From Lama glama (Eukaryota), in the NCBI GenBank assembly GCA_028534125.1, contig CM052816.1:12402001-12466000 (forward strand): a stretch of DNA of 64,000 nucleotides, in the 5' to 3' direction. The position numbers were made by a program, and so were the translations under genes. The notes beneath the pieces are model-generated. The model made no database searches and was not told the DNA's origin. It saw nothing but the letters and a program-made list of their open reading frames with translations. Positions within the stretch are counted from its first letter, which is position 1. Every line of letters starts with the position of its first letter. Of the stretch, positions 11,810 through 25,549 are shown piece by piece.

Positions 11810-12480
11810 CTAACAGAAACCAATTCAAGTGTACAAAAATACTTATTGTATGTTTTATAATAAAGAGAAAAAAAGGAATCACTGAAGTGTCTGTTCTTAG
11901 GGAGTATTTTCACTGAACAAATTATTTCTTCTGTGCAACAGAATACTATACGGCTTATTAAAAAGAATGAGGTATTTCAATATAAGTACAGGTGTCTCTA
12001 ATATGTTAAGTAAAAAGAAGAAAGTTGCAAAACAGCATGTATAATGTCGTAGCAATTTTATTTTTAAAAAGCAACAAAGAATAGGCCAAGAGTAAAATAT
12101 GAGGTTCTGGAGTTCACCAGGCAAGGTTAGCATTTTGGTTCAATCAGTTACCAGATAGGACAACAAGGGTTACATAAGAAAATTTATGTAAAGCGTGTAA
12201 CACACTGCTGGCTCATAGTAATTCTTCAATGAATATTAGCTAATTTGTGATGATGGTTTATATGTTGATATGAATACATTACATGTAGATAAAGGTATTA
12301 TAGCTAGATAAAGGTATATAGCAATTTATTTTATGAGCATAGTAAAATCAGGAAATAACCATTGTTGCCAGTTGGGCAGTGAGATTAGAGAAGAGGAAAC
12401 TTTCAATTTGTACTTTATTCACTTTTTAAAATTTGAATTTGTTACCCAAAAAAAGTATTATTCTTATAATTAAAAAGAAG
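11810..12480 (+). mobile_element. Ancient L1ME-like 3' end, interrupted by a MIR fragment
   Basis: gaatactatacggcttattaaaaagaatgagg and atatgttaagtaaaaagaagaaagttgcaaaacagcatgtata. Confidence 0.55.
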
Positions 12481-12892
12481 TTGAATACTCTTTTTTTGAA
12501 GAAAAAAGATTATATGATCTGAACTTGAAGTTCAGTTCAAGGAAGAGTAAAAAGATATATAAGAAACATGTCTTTAAATTGACTCAAGAGAAAGCACTTA
12601 CCCACTGAATGGAAAATAAGGCAAAGAAGAGGAAGAAATTAAAGATGACACAGATGCTTGGAGCCCTGATGCCTGAAAGAACAGCACTGCTTCCTAACAG
12701 CAGGGGAGGAGGAAGAGTTTGGAAGCAAAGGCACATCCGTTTTATACTTTAGTAATTGATGGTTATGTAACGATTACACCACCATTCATTCTCTTTGTGA
12801 AAAATTCTCCCAGCAGGATCTTCACTCCTCACTGGGGATGAACCTGAATTAGAGGGGAAGAAAGTTTCCAAGGTTACTTTCCCTTTTCTTTT

Positions 12893-13345
12893 TTATCCTC
12901 ATCAGCTTGCTGTGTTGTCAGCATTCTGGATTTTGGCCATTCTAACAGGTGTATAGTGGTATGCTATTGTTTTGATTAATAATTCTGTAATGACCTGTTA
13001 CGTTGAACAGCGTTTCATATGTTTATTTGCCATCTGTATATCCTTTTAGTGAGGTGTCGTTCAGGTCTTTTGCCCATGTGTAAGAAGGCTGTTTATTTTC
13101 TTATTGTGGAATTTTAAGAGTTATCATATATTTTGGATAATAGTCCTTTATAAGATGTCTTTTGCAAATACTTTCTCCCAGTCGATGGCTTGTCTTCTTA
13201 TTCTCTTGAGATTATCCTTTGCAGAACAGCAGTTTTAATTTTAATGAAGTCCAGCTTATCAATCATTTCTTTCATGGATCAAGCCTTTGGTGTTGTATCT
13301 AAAGTCACTGCCATACCTTAGGCCCTCTAGGTTATGTCCTATGTT
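12893..13345 (-). mobile_element. L1 (L1MA/MB class) ORF2 3' fragment
   Basis: ttttggccattctaacaggtgtatagtggta, ttcatatgtttatttgccatctgtatatc, ttttaattttaatgaagtccagcttatc. Confidence 0.8.
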
Positions 13346-14118
13346 AGGTTTTCATAAGAAGAATCTTCTGTTTTCCTGGAAATATTTTACAGAACCTAGA
13401 ATCTGATTTTGACTAAAGGACAAGTTCTTTTTTTAATTCCTAAACTTTCAAGTTTTCACATGGATCATATTGATTCATGGTCTTGGTCTTCGTCTTATTA
13501 ATTGAGGATGATTTTCCAAGCCCCAAATCTTGAGAGCGGCTTCTGTGTGCATCAAGTCGATCTGATATCAAACATCTAGTTGTTAAAAGGAGGATTCTGT
13601 CAATTAGCCAGATGTTTCCAAATGCTCCGATCCTTGGCATTGTGTATACAGCTGGTTCCAGAAACAGCTAATTGATTGATAGAGCCTTTTTACTTTCCGT
13701 CTGCACTGTGGATATCAGCGAATGTATCCACCTTGACTTTAACATTTTTACTCTTTCTATGCATATAATCAAACAAATGAGAACTAAAGGTGCAGATTAA
13801 ACAATGCAGGGCTAATTGTAAGTAATCAGAGATGCTACTTAAAGCCCATTAACTAAAAGATCAAGTGAAAGAACAGATTCTTCTAGATAGAGGCAAATAA
13901 GGAATCCAATTATCAACTACATTGGGGGTTTTTCTGTATGGCTGTCATTATAGTGTCACCTCCTGCAAGCCTGCATTCAGATTTTGAATCTTTTATTTCT
14001 GAGGTGTCTCTTGGCATGCCAAGTGATAGTAACAATTTCATTAACAGTTTTAGGCTTCGGGTTCTTGAAGTCTAAATTTGTCCATATAATAGATGTGTAG
14101 TTGTTGCACTGGAATAAA

Positions 14119-14348
14119 CTATAACACAGTACATAAAATTAGGGTCTAATTCTTCCACTGCAGTGGATTACAGTACAGCTGACCTACGTAGCTACGGTCC
14201 CTACACTGAAGTCAACTACGATATAGTTGACCTACAAAGCTGCGGGCCTTACAATGAGATGAATGAGAATGCAGTTGTGTAGAGATATAATCCTTATATT
14301 AGATTACAGTACAGTTGATCTACAGGGCTAGAGTCTTCGCCTTGGATA
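14119..14348. repeat. Degenerate ~48-bp tandem repeat, ~5 units
   Basis: Units start at 14119, 14168, 14216, 14264, 14304. Units at 14168 and 14216 share 34/48 identity by hand alignment; core tacagtacagYtgacctac. Confidence 0.75.
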
Positions 14349-14448
14349 TTATAACAAATATGAAAGGATTAGACATTATGTGAAAAAAAATAAAAGCAGG
14401 CCCATAAAGATAACGTGATCCATATATAAGAACTGAACAAACTCAAAG

Positions 14449-14955
14449 TGTGTTACTTGGGGTTCTCCACAGAAACAGAATCAATAGGATATATATAAGA
14501 AGATGGATTATGGGGATCGACTCATGTAATTATAGAGGCTGGGAAGTCCCAGGATCCGATGCCTGCAAGCTGGAGAACCAGAAAAGCCAGCGGTATGATT
14601 CAGTCTGAGTCCCAGGGCCTGAGGATCAGGGGAACAACAGTGAAGGCCTAATCCTAGCCCCAAAGCCTGAGAACCAGAGCCATGTCCAATATCCAAAGGC
14701 AGAAGATGGATGTCTTGGTTCAAGCAGAGAGAGAGAGAATTTACTCTTTCCCACCTTTTTGTTCTATTTGAACCCTCAGTGGATTGGATGAAGCCCACCC
14801 ACACTGGTGAGGGCCATCTGCGTTGACTCAGCTCACAAATTCAATTGCTAACTTCCTTCAGAATCACCGTCACAAACACACCAAGAAGTATTTTTCACCA
14901 GCTATCTGGGTACTCCTTAGCCCAGCCAAGTTGACAGGTAAAGTTAACTAGTACA
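14449..14955 (-). mobile_element. MLT2-family solo LTR (ERVL)
   Basis: TG...CA ends; ggttctccacagaaacagaatcaatagga, gcctgcaagctggagaaccag, cccagccaagttgaca; 5-bp TSD caaag/cagag. Confidence 0.85.
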
Positions 14956-17900
14956 CAGAGTAAATCAGAATTTTATCAAAGCAGACTGAGGAAGTGGGGG
15001 GTGGAATGGAGATTGAAAATATGGTAAGGTGTAATGGTGAATCTTTCTAAGAGAAAATTAATTACTGCTTAAATTTCAAGAGACATCTTCTCTATCTCTT
15101 CTGGCTTTGTTCTTTCCTCGCCTAGATCCACCCACCACTGAGTGAGATATACTTCCTATTCCCTGATACTTATAGTGGTAAGTTACATCTATAATTAAGC
15201 AGTAACTGATACACAGAGTTAGCAAGAGGTGGAGCCAGGATTCTAATATAGAGTCATATGGCTGGGCTTCAGAATCATCCACTATTGGGTACCATGCAGC
15301 CATCTAAGGCAATATTCGAACTTACTGGTTAAATTCATCTTCATTTTACTAAGAAGGAAAAAGAGAGAGTATTTGTAGCAGTTTGCTCCCAGAGATAGCT
15401 AATTAGACACAAAGCTTCCTGGTGTTTCGTATAAACCAAAGGGTAGGAACAAGATGGTGGTAAATAAATATATGAAATGTATAAGTGAGAGGCCACTGGT
15501 GAATTGCATCTTAAAATGAAACCTTCCTGAATGGAAATGCTGTGCCCGCAGAAGAACCGGTATGTATGTTTCTACTCATATAAATTGTCTCTTTTACCCT
15601 AAAGGACTCACGAAGGTCTCATGCTTATAGTTATAAATGCTTGATGCTCTTATGCACAGAGAATTCTACCGTGTATTTTGAAGAGAGTCCTGGAGCCTGG
15701 TGGGTGCTTGTAGGCAAACGTGGTGCAAGATTTGATCATCATTTGCAGAAAGCCTACGTTTTCTCCCATTCACAACCATTCCTATGACTGTCAAAGCCTA
15801 TTTTCCTGAAGACACTGCATTTCTTAGAGCCATTGTCCTCTTTCCTGGCTCTGGATCATAAAGACCTATCCTTGAGTCAACTCCTCTTGTGTTCTAGGGG
15901 TATGCCCTGCCTGGCAACTGTGTTTTTAAGCACACATTTTTGGTAATTTTCTTTATCTCTAAAAATAGCAAAGCCATAAACATTATTTTGTTAACAGAAA
16001 TAGCAAAACTGTACTACCTCGTCACTCAAGCACAGGTGTTATTAGAAGATATATAAAAAATAAGAAAGAGCACTGGGGATATGGTGCAAGATAGCATTCA
16101 GTCAAACACTTGTTTAAATCTGGAAATATTTCAATTTGAGAAGTGGCTGGATGCTCACTCACCTTCCTAAGGGCTGACTTCTTTTGTTGAGGACATCTGG
16201 CCAGGTATACACAGTCAGAATCATCCAAATGGACAGCTGATGGAGACAGAATTTTTGCATCCTTAACATAAAGACAATCTGGGGGACTTGGACAAGAACA
16301 ATTAATGTAGAGCTTGCTGTGCTAGACTTTAAGAGAGACCTTTAAGGCCCACCATTAGAACTATCATGTTTTTAATCATAACAATAACTATCACGTCTGG
16401 AGGTTCCAGTCATTTGCTAGACCCTAAGCTGAGTGCTGGAGATTAGGGTTGTGTACAGCTTGAGTAGTTGAAAATTTTGAAAAATAGATATGTGCTCAGC
16501 TTAACAAACAGCCATAGGAATATTTTCCCATTGCCTTCTTCCAACAAGGATGTGACCATCCCAGAAGACAGGCACTGCCATCATCACTTTCTGCACTTTG
16601 CAGATGAGAGACCTGAAACTGAAGCTCAGGGACACGGACCTCACTGTCAGGTCACTGGAGCTCAGGAGCAGAGACAGGTCTCAGATCCTGCTTCCCTGAG
16701 TACATAGTCTACCCTCTTTCCACACTTTCCCCCTCTGTATTTTGAAATGCTCTCATTAATTTGGGTACTCAAAAACTTAGGCATCAGATAAGACCCATTA
16801 TCTGAAAACTAAAATGTGCAAGCTATTTCCAGTTTCAATTAAAACCCTATGTCCTGGTGGTGATTCTAACACGCAAAGCTACAGGGAGAACATAGCTCTT
16901 CAGCTTCAGAAATCCATAAAAGGAAATATTCGGACACAAGTTTGAACACATGAACTCTACAATAACAAATATATTAAGGAATTATCTGTGCAAACAGTAT
17001 CATGTTTTCTTCGCTTTTCAAAACTCCCTTCCTTAATTGACTGGTATAGTTCACTGTGGTTAACTATCCCGCTTAGATTAGCTGCTCCAGTGAAAACCAC
17101 CACCATTACGCTAGATTACATGTTAATAACTATGTAAATATTCCCTCAGACAATAAAATTCTCACGAAGATTTAAGATAGAATTGTTATAAAGTAAAATG
17201 TGAAGAAAATGAAGATCATTTCACTTCAATGTGGTGAAGCAGTATTTTCTATCGTTTAAATATCTGATCTGGGACTTGTAAAGGTGTAACAGAGAAGAAG
17301 CTATTAATCATATAGTGACAATAAAATAAAAATAACAGAATAAACATTGCAACATACTGTAAAAAATATAATGATGAAAAGCTTTGAAATATAGAATTTG
17401 TAACAGGATATAGATCAGTGAACTATGAGATTTTTTAATGTGACTACTATGTCTTATTCTCTGTATCCCTAGACACATGGTAAATATTTTAAAAATATTT
17501 GAGAAATAAAATAAATGGGATTTTAAATAAAGAGGTTATAATATCTGGGCAACAGGGAAGACATTTAAGCTTCAAAAACTACATTCCACCCTGCAAATTA
17601 AGTACAGCATTAGAAATATCTGAATTCCTTATTGGGGTCATAAAAAGTCAGGATACCATGATGGGTAAAAAGAGAGTTAAACTTTGGCATCTGAAAGACC
17701 TGAATTTGAATCCTAGCACCACCACTTACTCTATATAAGAATTAAAACCAGTTCCTATGTCTTTACTTCATCATGTGCGAAGTGAGAAAATAGGAACCAC
17801 CCAACACTGGCCTCCTCAATGTCTAAGAATTGTGGGGGCTGCCCTAGAAAGCCCACTGACTTAACTCCAACTTGGAAAAGCAATTACACAGGACTACAGT

Positions 17901-18984
17901 ATTATTTCTGGAAATTGAGCTTTGACGAAAAGTAGGCAAAGCATATTGTATCCCTCTATGACTGTCATATCAATAACCACGCAGAAGCCAGCTGGCATTG
18001 AAAATATAAATGATTAAAAACAGCACCACTTTCACAAGTTGCACTGAGTAGTAGCTGACCGGTCACGTAAGTTTATTTCTCATCACACCCATCCCCAATG
18101 CAACAATGTCTCATTAAAGCAGATCCCATTCTAACCAGAAATTTGGCATGCCCTAGGTCTTATACCTTATCCAATGTAATTTCATTGTTAAAACTCCGGA
18201 AGGAACTTATTATGATGTAACTTTTTTTTTTCACCTATAAAATAATCCTGTTGCAGAGATCTTACAGGCTTATTCCTGAAAACAGAATTGATTCCCAGGA
18301 CATACAGCCACGCCACTAACATCATACACAAAATAACCATTCAAAACAACAGGCAACTGAGCTAAGGACATTTAGACAAGTCAGGGCAAAGGATTCCTAT
18401 AAATTTAGCAAAATATCTTCCTGCTTCCATTAGGTCTATTGGAGAAAAAGAGTGTTCCCTGCAGCATCTCAGAAAAGAGTGGCTATAAACAAAGAGATAA
18501 GGCAGACTGAAATCGGACTCCATGGAAATTCATTTAATGATGCTTCGAGTTATTTTCAGTAAATTGGCAAATGTGTGAGTTCAATCAATCCTTAACAGGG
18601 GACCCTATCAAATAAGGAAATACCAGTTTCTTAACTTTCATTAGTAACTCCCAGGAAAGCTTTTTAATAGAGCATATTACTTGCAAGCCTTTGCCTTACT
18701 GGTAGATCTTCCTTCTGTCTTTTCCTTATCATAACACCATCAATGAGCACGTGTTGAGCCAGAGTTTCCTCGGGCCTAAGCTACTCCCAGAAGAGAAAAG
18801 GGCAGCCTGGGATGCTGCTAAGCAGGCAGCCAAGTGGTCCAGCTGCTTCCGGGCTAGTGAGGACCACAGTAACCAGACTGCGGTTTCTGTGGTTGCCTTA
18901 ACAACTCAGTCAGAACTACAGAGTGCCTTAGGAAAGCTCAGATGGATTACGTATTGCGAACACAGCTTATGCGAGGAATTTCTA

Positions 18985-19195
18985 GAATTAGGGTTCCTGG
19001 GTGTGGATCCCAATTCTACTCCTTACTAGCTGCTTGGAGTTGAATGCATTTCTTAACCTAGAGCATGCCTCCGTTTCCTCATCTGTAAAATGAGACGTTA
19101 GAACATCATCACAGGAGGTTGTGGTAAGAATTAGATGAGATATTTTCCATGGCTTCGTGCTTGGTACATTGAAAGGGCTCAACAAAGGTAAGATG
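18985..19195 (+). mobile_element. MIR SINE
   Basis: cttactagctg...gtttcctcatctgtaaaatgag core. Confidence 0.75.
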
Positions 19196-19204
19196 CTTAG
19201 AGAA

Positions 19205-19300
19205 GTAGCTGTGGTGACGGTGGGGTTGACGGTGGTGGAAGTGGTGCTCCTGGTGGAACGGAGGTCTTGGCAGCAGGGGTGGTGACAGTGGTAGGAGTAG
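19205..19300. repeat. Degenerate (GGT)n low-complexity tract
   Basis: gtggtgacggtggggttgacggtggtggaagtggtg... Confidence 0.6.
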
Positions 19301-19489
19301 TTTCAGGACTATATTGTTGAAGTGCTATGTCAGAGCATTAAGCACAATGACAAGAGTAATGATCTAGTCACTTAGATGCGGATCCAAAGCCCCATTCATT
19401 CAACCTTTTAAAAACACTAAGTGTTCTAGGCCTTCAACAGCCTCAGACTTAGCCTAGTGCCCTCAGTACCCATCTTAGAAGATTAGGAA

Positions 19490-19680
19490 GACTCATTAAT
19501 TTACTGAATGCCGATTATGTGCCACGTATTTTAAATATGTGACCCAGCAAAGGTACTCTCTCCACTTTATGAACGAGGAAACTGAAGGTCAGAGTTTAAA
19601 TGATTCTCCCAGGGTCATAGCAGTAGGATATTGGAGGTAATTTGACTTCAGATCCCAAACTCTTCCCACCAAGCTCCCAA
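19490..19680 (-). mobile_element. MIR SINE
   Basis: ccactttatgaacgaggaaactgaaggtcagag core. Confidence 0.65.
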
Positions 19681-19869
19681 TCCTTATGGTATGTAAGAGT
19701 GCCTAGTTACAGAGCTTGCTCAGTGCAGTTACCGAAAACATACAAGCTCTCTTCCCTAACCCTGCTACCCTCGCTGAGTGGGCCCATGGAGGACTTGGGC
19801 AACACCCAGATATGCCCAAACAGGTCGCTGTTACCAGTGAGGACTTTCGTGCTGCGTGTGGCAAAAACC

Positions 19870-20095
19870 CATTTCAATTACCTGTGTCTCTGACATGCTA
19901 CTTCTTACAGCTTTGCTTTTTTGATATTCACTTATTTTATTTTATATTAACGTTTTTTGGTCTTCCTCCCAAAGTGAAATCTAAGCTCCATGAGGGCAGG
20001 GACTTGTGTCTTGCTCTCATCCGTACCCCAACCACCTAGCACAGTACATGACACACAGTAGGGTGCTAAATAACTCTTGGTTGAATGAGTGAATA
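19870..20095 (+). mobile_element. L2 3' end
   Basis: taagctccatgagggcagggact...cctagcacagtac...gttgaatgagtgaat. Confidence 0.8.
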
Positions 20096-21299
20096 CATTT
20101 TTTGAAACAGCACTGATAGACCAAAGGCCATCTTTTTTTTACCCCAGGTAACCTGTATGGACCCTTCTAGTTGGACAGAATGCACACCCCCAATTTATAC
20201 AACTTTTGTTGACTTCTATCACCAACAGGGAAGGAAATGAGGAAAGTCCGTAATGTGCTTGTAAAATGCTGGCTTAAGTAAAACCCTCCACCTTGATCCT
20301 GGCTCTTTAAACATAAGGGCGCACTTTTATCTCCCCAGTACATTAGACCCTTTCATCCATCCAGCACTGCATACCAGGCGGTTTCTCATCTTCATTTTTT
20401 AAGGTCAATAACCAGGACAGAATTACGTAAACAAGCCTCACTCCAAATTCACTCACTGTTCTTTCCTGCTATTAACATGACTGGCTTTCAGTCTTTGGCT
20501 TTACAGGGAGCAAACTATTCCTTTGCTGTCAATGGACCAGGGCTGTGCATTTGCACTGACTATCTAATGTTTTGTGGACACTCTCTCCCTGTGGATCCAT
20601 TTTGACTTCCAGCAGCCAGTTTACTGTGTATTTCACTCAGGCTGACAGACTGCAAGTAGGTGAGTATTTTCAGATGATTTGTCAATATCAACTGATGTTT
20701 TCTTGTCACAGATAAACAGCCTCTGCCATGAATCAATAGTGTGCCAGCAACGCTGTCACAACCGCCTCTAATGTGTGTGCGGCGTATTGACAGCAGATAC
20801 ATTACCCTGAACGCCTGCAAGTGTGAAACGGCTTAGCTGGTTGTGTGCCACCACTCAGTGCCTCTCTGCAAAGGAGGGCATTTGTTTCTGTGGCCATCGG
20901 GGAACGCGATGGGGGCTGGTGTGCATGCACAACAGCAGACAGGATCCGGTTCACCCCATTCCAGCTGTAAGTTTCCATTTGAACCAATTAGCTGAAATCC
21001 ATCTAGGCTGTGTGGCTTTGATTACACAGCTGTGCCCAAAACAACATGCTGATGTTTTCCTTCACATCGGAATGATACAGTGCCCTGACCCTCAGCATCT
21101 GCACTCTGTATCCTACACAACTGGTAACATGTGAGTCAGGCCAAGGCGCCCCCAACTCGGACTTCTGGGTCAAAGAGATCTTCTCTAAAGGGCTCCCAGT
21201 CCCAGCAGGACATTACGAATCCAAACAAAGAAGTCAAGAACAGGTGAGTCAACCTGGAACCTGGATTGTCACCTTCAACACCCTCTGCAGTAGACAGTA

Positions 21300-21500
21300 C
21301 TGTGCTTTGAAATCAGACTCATCTTGTCTCTAGTCCTTTTGTTCCCCATCTGTATGCCCCTGAGCAAATGTTTTGGTCTCGGTTTCCTTATCTGAGAATG
21401 GGAATCATAATGGTAGAACCTGGTTATTGTGAGGGCTTAGTGAGCTACTATATGGAAAACTTTAGCCTAGGGTCTGGCACAGAATATGTTCTCATAATCT
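21300..21500 (+). mobile_element. MIR SINE
   Basis: ctcggtttccttatctgagaatgggaatcataat...ctggcacagaa. Confidence 0.6.
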
Positions 21501-22685
21501 GGAAAATTTTTATCAGAAAAAAATGAGCAAAATAAAGAAATGAGAAGGTAAGATTTCAATGAATAATCTGTCCCTGAAAGATGGAAGTGATGATATCACC
21601 CTCACGTTCAAATGAACTGCCAATCATTGATACGGCTTGACTTTATGGGATAAATGCCACCTCCATTTTACTATATACAGACATTAGAATTTTTAATAGA
21701 CTTTAGAATAAGACAAAGATTAAAAGCCTTCCAGAGTCCTATGCATGAAGGGCTGTCTTAAGAGAAATTCCTAGCGAACACTTGATACATGGTGATAATG
21801 TCTACTTAATTCACTCTGATTCCTTTGCTAATAAGTACACACAAAAAAGAAATACAGGCAAACAATAAACTCTATTCTTGCTAAGTTTATGTTCCTTTAA
21901 TACCTCACTCTAAACAAAATCATAAATCTATTCTAAAAAAGGCTCGCAAACACAGCCTTACTCTCCTCAAGAACATGATGAGATACGTAGGTCAGGAGGT
22001 AATGTTCCCCCTTATCAAGAGAGAGGAGCTACACTCAGAAAAGTGACTTACCCATAATCATGCACATAATTTTGCACTAACACCAGGCAAAAGGGGACGC
22101 TACTCCAAGTTCATGCATTGGAAGGACCTATGTAACACACACACACACAAAATAAGTGTAAGGAAGCGTGGGTACCTTGGTGCTCAGAATCCAGCACGCA
22201 GACATAGACCTGGCACACTGTGACCCTGAATCCTACACATCCCCTCCTGATTAATGCTGTTCAGGCCAAAGAAACATTTCTCCACCTCTCTTGCCCTATG
22301 CCCTCTAAAAAGGCAATTCTGTCCAAAAGCCGTGAACGTTTGTGATTGTTGCTGGTGTTGGAGACAGATACTGCTTCAGAGAGTATAGGATGTGAGCAGC
22401 ACAGGGGCTCAGGTAAAAGGACAGGCAAATTAACTCACTAGTCAAATCCTTTCTCTCCGACAGTATGCAAGCAATAGATTCCTGCGCAATGAAGTAGCCT
22501 CTCCCCCTAGCGCCTCTGCTTTCTCCCTTCTACGTGTTCAACAGAGCCAGGTTCCAGAGGTACAGTGGAACGATGGCAGTATTCTCCCGATGGTGGCTGG
22601 GTTGTATCTCCAGTATCAGACAACTCCTGTTACCCTGATGTTCCCACAGCACCTGCCGATTCTTCCTGTGTAATTAGAGACCGAA

Positions 22686-23153
22686 CGTGGAGGGGTTCAG
22701 AGTGAGTCGCCCCAGGATGTGCCACTCGGGAAGAACCTTTGACCTTCCCCCAAGTGCCTAAAAGAGTTCAGATGGAGGGCCTGTTCCAGGAAGGGAACTG
22801 TCATCCTGGGCAGCAGAGCATGGTATGAGCTTGGCATGGTAGACAGAGAGGGACCGAGCAGTCCTCTCTGTGTCGTGTAGGGACGGCCCAGCATACACTG
22901 TTCCCCAAACACTTTTCATTCTCCTTCTGAATTGCCTTCCTTCCCTTTGAAGTACAGGCCCCTAACTCCTTCTCCTTAGCCCAGAATGACATCTTTACCT
23001 CATTTTGCCTGTCTTTGCAATTTCTCACGTTAGTGTGAATTTCCAGTAGGTACATAATTAAATTTGATTTTCTCCTGTCAATCTATCATATGTCATTTTA
23101 GTTACTTGACCAGCCAAAAGAACCAAGAAAAGAAGGGTGGGGTGGAATTTTCC
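22686..23153 (+). mobile_element. ERV1-class solo LTR (MER34/MER39-like)
   Basis: Start ggggttcagag...ccccaggatgtgccact; 3' part ttttctcctgtcaatct...ccagccaaaagaacc...agggt. Confidence 0.65.
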
Positions 23154-23159
23154 TAAATG

Positions 23160-24012
23160 TTAGAAATGTAAATAATTTAATTAACATATAAACTATATAA
23201 TAAGAAGTAATTACATTTTCAAAATGTAATTAAAATTAAATTACAAGTTTTCAAATTTGAATAACTACATTATATTTTAATTGAAGTACAGTCAGTTATA
23301 ATGTGTCAGTTTGTGGTGTACAGCACAATGTTCCAGTCATGAAATTTAAATAACTATATTTTTATGTGCTGATGTTCATTATTAATAATTTAAGTTTTCT
23401 CTTTTATGTTTCACAAGCTTGCAGAATTTAGAAAACATTTTGAAAACACATGGAATATGTTTTTTGTACTTTATAACTTGTTGCATTTATTGTAATTTGC
23501 TTTTATGAGTAAAATATAATCAAACTGTGGACATTTTGAGTACAATCTTATGTACATATTTTTAAAGTGTAACATTTTTACAATTATATTCTTTAACCTC
23601 TCAATAGTTACTGTTACAAAACCAAATTATTTGGGAAAAATCTTGATTTTAACAGCCTTGTTAGTGCTTTGGCTGAAATCAATCAAGAAAGAAAAAATGA
23701 GGGAATGAGTATTCGTAATTTATTAGTTATGCATGTCTTTATTCTATTACTCATTCAAATATAAAACACCCGGATACAGGCAATAATAATTAGATTCAAT
23801 TGTCTCTGATATTTTGCAAGATTTCGATCATGTAAAAGCCAAAGCTTTACGCAGTTTGATTTTGTCATCATGAAGGTGAGGTTAGGATGATAAAATATAT
23901 TTTATGTAACAGGTTTTTAGCTTGATTTATTGTCTTCGAATGTTTAGAGATATGGTATGCTGACATCCATGTGTACTCTTTCCCCAGGCCCTGCAATCTT
24001 AGGGCTGGGCCT
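23160..24012. mobile_element. AT-rich ancient hAT (Tip100-like) DNA transposon remnant
   Basis: AT-rich body ending in cccaggccctgcaatcttagggctgggcct, resembling hAT-Tip100 termini. Confidence 0.4.
23272..23341 (-). mobile_element. 70-bp extremely 5'-truncated L1 tail with 19-bp TSD
   Basis: ttttaattgaagtacagtcagttataatgtgtc...ggtgtacagca; TSD aaattt(g/a)aataacta(c/t)att at 23253-23271 and 23342-23360. Confidence 0.75.
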
Positions 24013-25549
24013 AAATGCAGTTAGTAATCACCTGAACGGGGGCTCAAGACCCTCATATTTGAATCTAAGTCCAGGACGTTATTCTAACATTCACCACCAA
24101 ACATATGTACCTACTTTGTGCCAAGTGCTTTTTACATCGTTGCAAATACAAAAATCACAGTCACTTAGGGCCTAGGCAGGAATCCAAGGGGAAACAGATT
24201 TCCCCCAAGGCCAGTCTCACCCTCCCCCTGCCCATGTGGTTGAAGGAGTGGTTCCCCCTTTGCAAAGGACCAAGAGCCCAGATCCAAGGCATGTTTCTCT
24301 GTTCAGATGCAGTAAATAAAGTCACTGAAGGTTCTGGCAAAAGGACTCCTCCACCAAGGCACACATACACATCTGTACCTCATCCTAACTATACATTCGC
24401 ACCTTATTCTCTGCCTCCCTTTAAAACAAGGTAAAGTCGCTTGTCCTCTTAAGCCAAATCTTGTCAAACCCAAGTTGTCAAACTCAAGGCCATGCTTTTC
24501 TTCGCTCTTGGACCGCCTGGCTTCCTACCAACAAGGCACTGAGCAGCTAGCATGGATTTAGACTTACAACTCTCAGCTTTCTGGGGAGGCCCGGCTCCTT
24601 CCTAGTCCTGTGACCTGGAAACAATTCCTAACCCTCTAGGGGCCAGGCTCCTGGAAAGCCTGGAGCAAGTTGGTAGAGATCAAAGGATGTGATAATATAT
24701 CCCTCTTAAATTCTACCTAACTCCAGACCAAACCTCCCTGAGTGGTACATTTCTACTCTAATACAAATGCAAATTAGCTGTCATTCCCCTAGGGACAGCT
24801 AATCTGATAAACAAACACAGTGTTAAAAATGTGCTAATACATTCATGCATTTATTGCTCCCAAGTAATATTTGCATCTTAACAAAAGCCTTGGATGCTTT
24901 GACAGGAGGTGTGATGCAGGCCTGACAGGTGTGGGTGGAACAGGGGTGCAGGTGGGGTGGGGTGCTAGTGGGTTACGGGAGTCTAAGACCACGTGTTGCA
25001 AGGGGCTGCCTCCAAGCACAACTAACATCCCAGGGTCCCAGAGTGTCTCCCACACTTGTGTTTCTCCAAAATTTCCCGCTAACACTGAATTATTCATCCT
25101 CCCAAACTGGGATCATTTACTCTAAAAGTTGCAAATCCCTGGAGAGTACTTCAAGAGCCTGATAACCAGGCAGCAAGGCAACTCCTGAGCCCTGGAGAAT
25201 GTGCTCGGCTCAGCCGCGTTATCAGTGGCTCGGTTTACCTCCCACCGACCTGCCAGAGGGCAGGCAAGCCTCCTGCTCCGTAAATGGGGGCACTCAAGCC
25301 AGGGCAAGACTGATTTCTATCTCCGGGTCACATTGTCAGGTCCCGAGCTTCTCAAGTCAGCCAGAAAGGAGAAAATCAGGGGAGTTTTTATTTCAAAGGA
25401 ATTTTGTACATTAGCTGCATAATTGGTGTCTAATAATGATGAGTGAATTTCATTTCTAAGCAGCCATTTGTTACAAATAAAAGGGCATTTTTTGAGCATG
25501 GAAGGGTCAAAATAATAATAATGATTAAAAATCACGCTCAGCATTTATT

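Noticed and set aside
14119..14348. CRISPR-like array
   Set aside because: Mammalian context; whole units are diverged copies with no constant-repeat/unique-spacer structure and no cas genes.
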